A stretch of 64,000 nucleotides of DNA. Origin: Callorhinchus milii (lineage: Eukaryota). The stretch is from positions 17,920,001-17,984,000 of the forward strand of contig NW_024704743.1 in NCBI RefSeq assembly GCF_018977255.1, read 5' to 3'. A model generated the notes under the pieces. The model was not told the origin of the DNA. It saw nothing but the letters and a program-made list of their open reading frames with translations, and did not search any database. Numbering within the stretch: position 1 is the stretch's first letter; each line of letters begins with the position of its first letter. The position numbers were made by a program, and so were the translations under genes. Below, piece after piece: positions 1-10,845 of the stretch.

Positions 1-585
1 CCCGCCACCTCCCTCCACAAACTGCAGGTCATTCAGAACTCTGCAGCTCGTGTACTGTCCCGCACCAGGCTTCGGGACCACATCACTCCCACCCTCGCTC
101 GCCTCCACTGGCTCCCCATCCCCCAGAGAATCAAATTCAAGATCCTCACCCTCACCTACAAGGCCATTCACGGCCTTGCTCCCTCCTACCTCTCCGACCT
201 ACTATCCCCCTACCTACCTGCCCGTACCCTCCGTTCCTCTGGCTCCGGTCTGCTCCACATCCCCTGCCCCAACCGCCCTACTATCGGTGGCTGGGCCTTC
301 AGCCTCTCAGCCCCTAGGCTCTTGAACTCTATCCCCCAGTGCCTTCACCTTGCATCTTGCCTTTCCTCCTTCAAGGCCGGTCTCAAGACCTTTCTCTTTG
401 ACCGTGCCTTCAGCTCCTCTCTCGACTCTCTAGCCCCTCCTCGCTCCCTCCCTTCCCTCCCCTCACCCTGACCATTTCCCCCCAATGCTCGGGTCCTGAC
501 CCAACTGTACAGCGCCTTGGGACGTCCTCCCGACGTGAAAGCTGCTCAATAAGTGGAATCTTGTTGTTGTTGTGTTGTTGTTGTT
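1..585 (+). mobile_element. L2 LINE 3' fragment, young subfamily 'A' (cut by window start)
   Basis: L2 ORF2 C-terminus (LQVIQNSAARVL..HITPTLARLHWLP); 3' end CAGCGCCTTGGGACGTCCTCCCGACGTGAAA..GGAATC(TTG)n; near-identical to 26164-26520 and 58959-59872. Confidence 0.93.
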
Positions 586-720
586 CTGACATTGCAGTGC
601 TTCACCAGCACTGCACTGGACTGTCAGCCTGGACTATGAGTTCAAAGTCCTACATGGGTCTTGAGCACATTGTCTTCTGACCAAACATGGCAGCGCTACC
701 AAGTGAACCAGGCGGACACC
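586..720 (-). mobile_element. Old tRNA-headed Deu-type SINE, 5' fragment
   Basis: Reverse complement resembles the head GTCAGCCTGGCTCAGTTGGTAGCACT..GGCTGACACTCCAGTGCAGT seen at 54190 and 57530. Confidence 0.7.
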
Positions 721-879
721 TCGGAGCTTAGATTTGGTAAATATTTTCATTGCTGCTCAAAAAGATAAACAAGCTGATAATTTGCTCTTTCCACTGAAAA
801 TGCTATGTTACAAAAATAACAAACCAACCCCTCTTATGTACTACATTGCACTTGTCATGTTCCCCTCCTGCATTTGAAG

Positions 880-1530
880 ATCATCAAAAGATGAGATGGT
901 ACCATTTTCTCTGCACTCTTTCACTCAGGCTATATTGCCTGATCTTATTCCTGTCCATTCTTCTTCCCAATTCCTTCTGGTCACACTCCTACAATTTGCT
1001 GTGTCTATTCTTCTTCCTGATCTCTTCTTCCAATTGTTCCTCCACTGGAATTCTCTTTCTATCTGTGGATTCTTCCTCCCAATCTATCTCCGACTCTCCA
1101 TTCCAATCGGTTATTCTAGCTCACTCATCTCATGTTGGTTAATCTCCCTATCTGCTCATACTTCCTGCTGATCTGTCTTTTTAACTACCCTCCCAATTTA
1201 TCTCTCAACTCTCTGCTCCCTCTTCCAGCTAGTCTTTCCATATGCTGGTTCTTCCTCTCAATCTATCTTTCCAGCTCATTGCTTTCCATACTCGGCTGTT
1301 TTTCAGTCTTCTCATTCTCCCTTGTGGCTTAATTTTCCATCTGCCTCCTCATGTTCCATTTCTTTGCAGCTTGGTGCTCTGTTTACCAGCCTGTCTTTCC
1401 AGCTGAATTCTCATTCCTAGACTGTCTCTCCAGTTTACCAGTTTCTTTCTCTCTTTGCCACTCTACTTCATGATCTTTATCTCTACCTCCTTCCTTTCCT
1501 TCATTGGCTCTCTTTAGCTCTTCACTCTTC
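880..1530. repeat. Pyrimidine-rich, degenerately repetitive tract
   Basis: Strong C/T skew with recurring TTCTTCCTC(C/T)CAATCTATCT and TCTTTCCAGCT motifs. Confidence 0.6.
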
Positions 1531-1959
1531 CCAGATATACACATTTTCACTGCAACAGTCAGAGGCTGTTAAGTTAAAACATGTTATGCTTGAATTACTG
1601 TGGTTACGTTAAATGTAACTGGGGTCACTGAAGCCAAATATTCTTCATGAAAAGTGCTAGCTCTGCAATTGAAAAATGTATATACAGTATATGATGAGTT
1701 TTAGCAGCTCATAGCTTAACCATTATGTAAGATGTACCACTTTCCAGCTTGCCCTATGTTAAATACTTATTATATTGTCCAATTCCTCTTTAGCAAGCAC
1801 TCCTAAGCAACTAAATTGCAACAAGCATGCTTCACATTGTCTGACATAAAATTACCTTAGGTATTGCAATAGCGCCCTAGAGTGAGCCTTTCCATGACTG
1901 AGCAGGGATTTCACATACTAAAACTAGAAACTTTGAATGAACAATCAATATTCAATACC

Positions 1960-2290
1960 CAATTCCTATTACTCCTCCCCTTATCACTGGATTTTTTTTC
2001 ATAGTTTGAACATGTTACTGTTTCTTGTGCAAATAAGTGTAATCTTACATGTATCTACATTAAAATCCATCTCCTGCTCCTGGGTACTTCTATTTAATTG
2101 GTTTAGATCTTCCTGAATGCTATTTTTCGTCCTTGTATTATTCACTTGCCCACACAGATTGCTAAAATCAGCAATTTTTACAATATTATAGCATGATATT
2201 ATACCCTAATTAATATTTTTTGTATTGGCGATAGATCCCATGCTTCCTACAATGCAATGTCATTGTTAAAGGTCTCCCACAGTACGGTAA
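1960..2290 (-). mobile_element. Highly decayed CR1 LINE RT remnant
   Basis: Antisense traces of W.MDFNVDTCK and a KFADD-like segment. Confidence 0.45.
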
Positions 2291-2382
2291 CTTCTGGGTA
2301 CCCATGCTAGAAAATGGCCACCTTCCAAGTTATTCTGGATCACCAGGTCCCTATTGAGCTATTTAATCTCAATAAGCATTAG

Positions 2383-2612
2383 ATTTGGCTCAGTTGTTAG
2401 CACTCTTACTTCTGCGTCAGAAGGTGTGGGCTTAAGCCCCACATGAAGCTTGTGATCTTGGCTGACACTCCAATGCACTATTGTGGGAGCATTGCAATGT
2501 TAGAGGTACCATGCTTCAGATGAGATGTTAAACTGAATTCCTATCTGCCTGTTTGGGTGGACGTTAAGTATCCTACAGCACTAGTTGAAAGGAGAAGAGA
2601 GATTTTTGTGGT
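2383..2612 (+). mobile_element. Old Deu-domain SINE (SacSINE1/AmnSINE-like), 5' part
   Basis: TGGCTCAGTTGTTAGCACTC head; GGCTGACACTCC; CAGATGAGATGTTAAACTGA..GGTGGACGTTAA Deu core. Confidence 0.8.
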
Positions 2613-2641
2613 ATCCCAAACCCCAACAATCCCCCAAAATT

Positions 2642-2965
2642 ATGGAATCTTGTAGCTCAGTGGTTAGAGCATTTGCCCTCCCAAGCAAGAGACCTGGGTT
2701 GGATTCCCAGCAGGGTGAAACCTTGGACAAGTTTTCTTACTCCACACACCTGATAATAATCCCTCAAGAAAAAAACAATAATAAACTGGTCACTTCAATT
2801 CACGACTGTTTGTGGGACACTGCTGTGCACAATTGGCTGCTGTGTTTCACCCACAAAGTCACAAAAATATAGTCAATTCACTTTACAGTATATTCTGTGA
2901 AACGCTTTAAGACATTTAGAAGACGTGAAAAGCGCTATATCAAATGCAAAGATTACTATATTATA
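2642..2965 (+). mobile_element. tRNA-Ala-headed SINE, short (internally deleted) form
   Basis: A box TAGCTCAGTGG; CTGTTTGTGGGACACTGCTGTGC core; tail GAAAAGCGCTATATCAAATGCAAAGATTA. Confidence 0.92.
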
Positions 2966-3289
2966 TATAATAAAATAAAATTGGTCATAAAAAGGATTCT
3001 CCTTTTCAAAAATTATTTTCAAAACTCCAAAGTTTGGGTTCCTAAAGTCACATACCTGTTACTCTGTGATCTTAGTGATTCGTACAGTGTCAAATTGGTC
3101 TATACATGATCCTTGGAGTCCAAGCATTCATTCATTTCTTCATTTCTGATCAGTTCAGCTTTGATCTGTAACTACCTTCTGGTGGCTTCTCCTCATTTGA
3201 AGGGCATTATATAAATGCAAATTGTTTTTTGAACCAATTGAGCCCCACAGAGACTATTCACCTTCCATGGCTCTTCTGCCAACATACTT

Positions 3290-3995
3290 GAGACTATGTT
3301 CCTACTGAATCTGTTCTGCGCCCTTTCCTTCCTGTGATGGGGAACCCAAAACTGAACCTAGTACTCAAACTGCAGCTAAACAATATTATACAATTTCAGC
3401 AGAACTTCTCCCCTTTTATACTCAATATGGCTATTTATGAATCTAGAAACCTATTTGCTTTCTTAATAACTCTTGTATCCCACCTATGTTCTTGGCACCT
3501 CACTGATCTGTGCACATAAATCATCTGCTCCTCCACTGCATTGTGTGCTTTATTCTTTTGTTTGTAACTCCATTCCCTATTCTTTCACCCAAAGCATTTT
3601 ACCCCAAAGCAAAGTACTTATCAGCATAAAACTGCATCTTCCACATTTCCAACAATTTCTCTTTTCTTCCTGAACGCTTGTACACAATTTTCCAATCCAT
3701 CCAATTTTGTGTCATTGTTGCACTTGCATTTAATCCCTCACCCCCTTATACCTGGGTCTATGTCATTTATATATATAGTATTGTAAAAAGCAATGGTTCC
3801 AGTACAGACTGCTGGGCACACCATCAGTTACATCTTGCCAGTCTGAAAAATAACCATTAATTCTCACTGTCAGCAATCTCTCTCAGCTACCCTTCCTCTC
3901 ACTCCACTACCTTAACTTTAATACCCTGACCCTTAAGTCTGAATATCAATCTCTTATTTGGTAGCCTATCAAAGGCCTTTTGAAAATCCATACGC
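3290..3995 (-). mobile_element. Old CR1 LINE RT remnant
   Basis: Antisense MDFQKAFD at about 3968-3991; degraded downstream CR1 ORF2 motifs. Confidence 0.65.
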
Positions 3996-4044
3996 GAAAC
4001 ATCTGTGGCCAAACTTTTTCAAATATTGAAGGAGTGGGAGAAGG

Positions 4045-4165
4045 GAGTGGAGGGCTATATGAGAGGGATTAGCAGGGGTGGAGGTTCATGTGGGGTATAT
4101 ACACCGGCATTGATTGGGATGAATGGCCTGTTTCCGTGCTGCACCAAATATGTAATTCTATGTAA
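4045..4165 (+). mobile_element. CR1 3' terminal fragment
   Basis: GGGCTAT..GAATGGCCTGTTTCCGTGCTG..ATTCTATGTA, typical shark CR1 3' end. Confidence 0.65.
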
Positions 4166-5552
4166 GGTGGTTAAGCACAATCTTGGCACAATCACAAAGC
4201 AATTATTTTAACTCCTCGCTCCACCCAGCACTGAAGCACACAGCAATTCAACATAATGCCTGGTTTTGAGCAGATGCTCTGTAACAAGGAGGTAGCTGAA
4301 TTTTACCTCACGTCACTCATTTAGATGTTGGCAGCTCTACAAATCATAATAAATTGTAGTATTAAAAGCAAAGGGTCTATGAGTGCAAAAACCTTGAAAG
4401 CTATAATACTGAGAGATTTTAATTTAAAACATCTTAATAAGATTTCATCCACATGATTTAATTTAGCAACCACATGTATTGCAAGTCTGGTAGTAATGGG
4501 GCTCAAGTGTTAATACAAGCACGGAAAAGCACTCCTTGATGGATAATGCTAATATGTATCTTGAAATTGTCTGAACAGTCATACTTTCGTGACAAATAAT
4601 TTCAATTTCAAGAGAAACAGAATTGCCATTTTATTTAAATAGTGCATTAAGGACCTGCAGTGTCCATTTGTTATCTTTAGTCTGAAAAATGGAGAACTTA
4701 ATGAAAGTGAATGAGAAGATGCTGATTGAGGACAATGGCATTAAGCCCTTTTACAAACCAGGGGTCTGACATGAGTATTAATGAGCAGATTGGCTGCTCT
4801 TGTGTTATTACATGCTGGAGAGTCAGAAACTGAGCTGTTTATAATGTGATGAAACACCTTTGTCAGGGGATTTGTTGGTGACATATCAACCGTTAAGGGT
4901 TGCTGTGCGAAAAGGGTGACAACCTCTCACCAATCTCGAATTGGTTTAGCAGCAAGAAAAGAATCTCAGGATTAGGGTTCTTCCTTTGAATATGAAGGAC
5001 AAGTGGACCTGCCAAACTGATAAATGCATTACAGCCCAGTTAGCATTCAATCTGCTCTCAGATAAATGCAAATGGTCCTGGGGGTGGTACAGTAGGGTTG
5101 GAGAGTAATAACGCAATGTGCTCACTCATCCATTCTCTCAGCCATTCTATATTACTATCAGTCACTGCAAATTGTGATCCAGAATATTGTGCCAGGAAAA
5201 ACAATGGGATTAAGCTGTGGGCTCCTGAAAATTGCTTTCATATTTTGGGCATTCAACAGACATAGACGCTTTGCGAAGATTTTAGTGCCCTGCGGAAAAT
5301 GTATTGCTGCTGCCATAAAATTGCTTTTGAACAGTTTGTCACTTATAAGTGAGGACAGAACTGCAAAGAGAGCCAGTCTTTTTAAATTTAATAGACCATT
5401 GTTTGAGCTGTGGACATCACGCAGCCTTTCCATCTACCTATTGCCATTTAAGGGAGTGTAAAGGAAACTTTGTGGCAATTTCTAAACTTCTCCAACTCCA
5501 GTAAGAAAACTTCATTCATGCTGTGCCAACATTTCATACAATGTTAAGCAGT

Positions 5553-5886
5553 TAATAATTATAATAATAATAATAATAATCCTTGCATTTGATATAGCGC
5601 TTTTCATGTCGGGAGGACGTCCCAAAGCGCTTCACAGAACACACTGTAAAGTGAATTGACTGTATATTTGTGGGCGAACGCGGCAGCCAATTGCGCACAG
5701 CAATGTCCCACAAACAGTCGTAGATTGAAAATGACCAATTTATTATTGTTTTGGGTTTTGGAGGGATTATTATTAGGCTCTGTGTGGAGTAAGGAAACTT
5801 GCCCAAGGTTTCGCCCTGCCTGGAATTGAACTCAGGTCTCTCGCTTGCAAAGCGAGTGCTCTAACCATTGAGCTACAGGACTCCAC
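5553..5886 (-). mobile_element. Young full-length tRNA-Ala-headed SINE with L2-A-type tail
   Basis: Intact A/B boxes; anticodon arm CTCGC-TTTGCAA-GCGAG; (TTA)n tail; near-identical to 13384-13715. Confidence 0.95.
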
Positions 5887-6006
5887 AATGTAAGCATTTC
5901 ATGTTTTATGCAAACAGGAGTCCTTGGTTTATTTGGATTGATGGATTTTAACCCTGTAACAACCTAAATAGACTTAAGGGGTCTGAAATTTATCTTACAA
6001 TATAAA

Positions 6007-6222
6007 ATAATAACAATAATAATACTTGCATTTGATGTAGTGCTTTATCATGTCTTCGAGATAAAAATACAATACAAAGTTACATTTGTATAGCGCCTTT
6101 CACATCGGGAGGAAGTCCCAAGGCACTGGACAGTTGGGGATTTGTACCTGAGCTGGGGGTCGGTATCGGGGAGGGTGGAGGGCAGGAGGGTAGCTGAAGG
6201 TTCGGTCGAGGAGGAAGATTTT
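6007..6222 (-). mobile_element. SINE tail (6007-6062) plus L2 3' tail (6066-6222)
   Basis: CTTGCATTTGATGTAGTGC, then ACATTTGTATAGCGCCTTTCACATCGGGAGG. Confidence 0.75.
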
Positions 6223-6549
6223 GATAAGACTGTTGTCTTAAAATGTAAAGTGTTCAGCATTTTGGAAAATTCGTAAAATTCAGCCTTAATTTGGAAATCA
6301 GTTTTCCAAGTTATTCAGGCCACAGGGGGCAGAGTTACCCTAGACACAGGAGGCAGAAGACCTAGTTATCCCATACACATGGGGCAGGGGTTAGATTTAA
6401 TGAGTAAACAGAGGGCAGGTTAATAATGTAGTCTCTAAACATGAAAATTCTCACTTGTGTCCTCCAAAGGAGCTCAAAATTTGAGCACAAAGACAAAAGG
6501 GACCCGTTATTGCATTCATCCATTCCACAATTTCAACATAAGAGGTTGG

Positions 6550-6685
6550 TAATGTCTATCCTTTCGCCCATAAAATATAGTCAATATATTTAGTCAATAC
6601 AGTATATTCCGTGAAGTGCTTTAAGACGTCTCAAAGACATGATAAGGCGCTATATCAAATGCAAGGTTTATGATTATATTATTAT
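6550..6685 (+). mobile_element. SINE 3' fragment
   Basis: GTGAAGTGCTTTAAGACGTCTC..GATAAGGCGCTATATCAAATGCAAGG. Confidence 0.8.
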
Positions 6686-7186
6686 TTTAACACAATTGGA
6701 GCTAAAACTTGTATGAAAATTAACTCCGTGCCACAGATAGTTTCTGCATTTCTTCAAAGTTGCATTGAGGCCCCCTCCCTCACATCTTTGATAGAACCAC
6801 ATTGTCTGTTGTGATTCCAGGCAGGTATGAGCTTTGGGACTTAATATCCGTTCTTTTCTTGTTGACCTAAACCTATTAAATTTAGCTGCAGAGCAAACTC
6901 TCCAAATCACAATTTCTTTAATCCGCAAGTGGGTGGATTTTCAGATTGTTGCTTGTTGGTGGGTTACTGGGGGCAGAAGATAGCCATAAGCTCCTGTCAT
7001 GTTATTATCTGGTCTTGAAGCTAAAGGGATAATGTAACTGTTTTACTCAATGATGATACTTGGGTGTTTTTATGTGGCATGACAACATTTTGTTGAAGTA
7101 AATTCATGAATGCGAAATACATCCCACAATCCACGACACATATTCATAACTTCACTTGAGTGTTATAAATGGGGAAGTTCTCCCAT

Positions 7187-8880
7187 CCATAAGAACATAA
7201 GAAATGTTAGATGAAAAAAAATCAACGTCCATCTAGTTTTCCTTCCATGTTCCTGGTGGTCGCATGCACATATGTCCCGAACTACCTATGTACTATACAA
7301 AATGTTAAATTTTTTTATTTATAAATTTTTTTCAAATAAATTTGTTATTTCCGAAAAGAAAACTATCTATGTTTGAAGGAATCAACATATCCTAACTGTC
7401 TCCCTTGGGAGCCTATTCCACAGGTTCACTATTCGCTCACTGAAATAGTGTTTGCGTAGATTCGTTCCGAATTTACCCTCCTTCAATTGCAGGCCGTATC
7501 CTCTGGTTTTACTATTCTGGACAAGTTGAAACAGCCTGTAGTGATCTATATTGTTTACCCCTTTAGAATCTTAAAGACTGCAATCATGTCTTCTCTCAAT
7601 CTTCTCTTTTCCAACGTGAACATGCCCAGTTTACTTAGTCACTCCTCATAGTCCAGTCCCTCCATTCCCTCAATCATTCTGTTTGCCCTCCTCTGTATCT
7701 TCTCGATTTCTCCCATATAGTTTTTGTACTTCAATGTCGAGAACTGTACCGAGTACTCTAAGTTCGGTCTCACCAATGATTTATACAGTGGCAGGATTAC
7801 CCCACTATTTTGGTTTACTTTACTCACTGCCACAGAGCATTGTTGCAGGAGCTTCAATTTATTGTCAATCAGGACTGCCAGGTCCTTTTCATTGTCCGTA
7901 CATATTATTTTCCTTCTGTTCAAATGATAGTCCTTCCTGGATTTTTTGTCCCCATGTGAAGTACTTTGCATTTCTCCACATTGGATTTGATCTGCCACCG
8001 ATCTCCCCAATTCCCAAATATGTTCAAATCCTCTTGTAACCTATCTTGTTCAGCTTCGCAATCTACCACTTTCATTAGCTTGGTGTCATCTGCAAACTTA
8101 GCCACTGTGCTTGTGACTCCTGGTTCCAGATCATTTATAAAAATATTAAACAAAAGAGGTCCCAAAACAGACCATTGTGGAACTCTATTAGTGACATTTT
8201 CCCAGTCTGATGACATTCCCTGTGTCACCACCCTCTCTGTTTTTCCGGTCAACCAATTACGTATCCATTGTAATATACCTCCACTGATTCCTGCTTTGTT
8301 TACTTACAGTAGCAGCCTCTCAAGACAAACTGTATCAAAGGCCTTACTGAAATCCAGATATACAACATACACAGCCTTACGCTTATCAAGCTCCCTCGTC
8401 ACACTATCAAAGAAAACCAGTAAATTAATTGGCAAGACCTCCATATTGATCATCATTTATGATTTTATTTCTGTCCAGGTGCTCCGTCATTTTATCCTTA
8501 ATAAAAGTCTCCATAACTTTACCCACAATGGACATCAAACTTACTGGTCTCTAGTTTCCTGGGTCACTTTTGTTACCTTTCTTAAAAATAGGAGTAACAT
8601 TTGCCTTTTTCCAGCCTCAGGCACCTCTCCGGTATCCAATGATTTCTGAACGATTTGTGCCAGCATTTCTTCGACTTCCTCCTTTAGATCCTTAAGGATC
8701 TTTGGGTGCAATTTATCCAGTGACTGAGATTTATTTACTTCATTTTTGCATAGCTGTTTGGCAGCTATGCTGGAAATGAATAGTGTTACAACTTTTCTCT
8801 GCAACATCCTTGAGTTCTCTTTCCAGACCCGTCTACTCCTTAGTAAAAATTGATGCAAAAACTTATTTAGCACTGTTGCA
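7187..8880 (-). mobile_element. 5'-truncated, frameshifted CR1 LINE (RT domain, 3' UTR, (TTCTTATG)n tail)
   Basis: ORFs give VPQWSVLGPLLFNIFINDL, KFADDTKL and LYKSLVRPNLEYSVQF; antisense YLDFSKAFD; CATAAGAACATAAG at about 7187. Confidence 0.95.
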
Positions 8881-9429
8881 ACCGTAAAGAAGAGGCATTT
8901 CTCTCAGTGTCCAGACCAACAATCCCCCAAATAAAAAATCAACCATTCACTTAATTGCTGTTTGTGACTGCTTTCAGGGCTAACTTCTGATTTCGTAGGT
9001 TACTATTGAAGTCATTTCCTATGTGTTGACCACATGTACTCTATTACAAGATCCCCAAATTAGTTTGGATGAAAAAGGTCCTTCGGCCTGGCAGGAAGCA
9101 TCTCTTCTTGGACTATGTGCAGGAACCACAGCTAATGTCACTTCCTGCATGCTGCATACACACACTATATGCAGGAAGTGCCTGTGTGTGCAACATACAG
9201 GAAGTGATGTCTACGGCACTTCTTGCTCATTGAGCACATGTGCTGTAAATTACATCAGAAGTGACCTGGAAGTATTTATGATGTGGCCTCTGTGATATTA
9301 GATTCACACTATTGGTTATAATGGGGTTGCCCTGTAGCTTATTATGCAAAGTTCTTTGCAATGTTTTGGGTGGTAAAGTGTTATATCAAATGCAGACATA
9401 TGATGAAAAATGGGATACTGCATACAAAT

Positions 9430-10161
9430 AACTATAAAACGTTTGATATTTATTTAATCTTTTTTGAAACATCCCTTTATTTTATATATGTGTAATATTA
9501 ACGATACTAGAAAAACTATTTGTCACTGGTTTGCAAAGTTTTGGTGCCTGTGTTCAGTTACACACAGATAAAACTCTCCTCAGTCCCAGTGAATGGGATT
9601 TTGGAGTAGGAAATATGAACACTGTTTTCTTCACCAATCACTTTACCATTGGAAGTGATTTCAATTTGCTTGCAACAATGCAAGTTGGCTCAAAAGATGG
9701 CTTGATCAATATTTTCAGGTTAACAACCCTCTCATCCCTCCCCTCATTTTAGGAAATAAATTGCAATCTTCAGAGATGCTAATTTCTCAGACTGAATGAT
9801 CCTGTGATACAACTCGGTACATCATTTCTTTGCAGGAAGCTGTAGAAACACACATAAATGCTCTTTCTTCCCCATTGCCATTGCTTCCAGACTCATTACG
9901 GATTAAGCATAAAATCAATAAAACAAACACCCAAAAATAAATGTAAAAAAAGTACTGCAGTCTGCTCTGGATGTGCTGTGACGACATAGATTTTGCAGCC
10001 TCCCTCTCCCTCTCTTCTTTATGTAACAATGCCAAGGTCCAAGGGGAGAAATACACATTGTCACACATTTTTGTACTATTGTAGATAAAACAGAACCCTG
10101 CCCTTAATGTCAGAAATGGGGATACTGAAGGATTCCTTTATCTCATCAGGGAAGAGAAAAC
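9430..10161 (-). other. Probable 3'-terminal exon (short coding end plus 3' UTR) of an unidentified gene
   Basis: Minus-strand acceptor TATTTCTTTTACATTGTTGTATTTTCTTCTTTTGTGCAG|G at 10161; all frames stop within 86 nt; repeat-free downstream; AATAAA at 9481-9476 and 9454-9449, followed by a T/GT-rich stretch. Confidence 0.45.
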
Positions 10162-10639
10162 CTGCACAAAAGAAGAAAATACAACAATGTAAAAGAAATA
10201 AACCAATATAAAGGTCAAAAAAATGATATCTCATAACTGATTTGATGTGAGAATTAATACGTCTCAAACCACAATTTCTCTCCTCATTCCCTCTCCCCGT
10301 AAAATAAATAAGGAGCTCTGCTTGATGAATACAATCAAATCCCATTTGAGTAACCCTTTGAGTACTCCACTCTCTTAGGCTCTCTTGAAATGTTTTATTT
10401 AATGTCTTGGAACTAATTTTCTCTGTTAAATACACTAGATTTCAATTATTGGGCTGAAACATGTTTGGGGATGGTCTCCCATGGATCAATCAATATATTG
10501 ATGGCATTTTTCATTTTCATCCCAACTTCTGTGATTCTGTCGATCTGCATTCGCTGTGAGGAACACTTTATGACCATTTGTTACCTTGTAAGAGAGGAGA
10601 AAATAAACACATTCTGTATACCTAAGAATTTATATTATC

Positions 10640-10845
10640 TGGAACTCCATTCCCAGGTCCCTCCGACTTGCTCTCTCTCTTCTTTCAAGGTAAATCTCTT
10701 TGACTGCGCTTTCAGTCATCTTCCCCTTCCACACCTCATCTTACCTCACTCATACCCCGCTCTTAGCTCAGGTGCCCAGTCAAGCACTTTGGGACGTCCT
10801 CCCAATGTAGAAGGCGAATGTGGTATAAAAAGGTATAAATGCATG
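10640..10845 (+). mobile_element. L2 3' fragment, decayed
   Basis: TGGAACTCCATTCCC..GCACTTTGGGACGTCCTCCCAATGTAGAAGGCG. Confidence 0.8.

Noticed and set aside
5552..5806. Recurrent small ORF family ending KCKDYYYY
   Set aside because: Translation of SINE consensus and its (TTA)n tail
7966..8649. 227-aa plus-strand ORF
   Set aside because: Antisense shadow of the CR1 RT
9787..10068. 93-aa ORF with a hydrophobic stretch and C-terminal HSV
   Set aside because: Non-ATG start; the hydrophobic segment derives from a T-rich tract; better explained as 3' UTR
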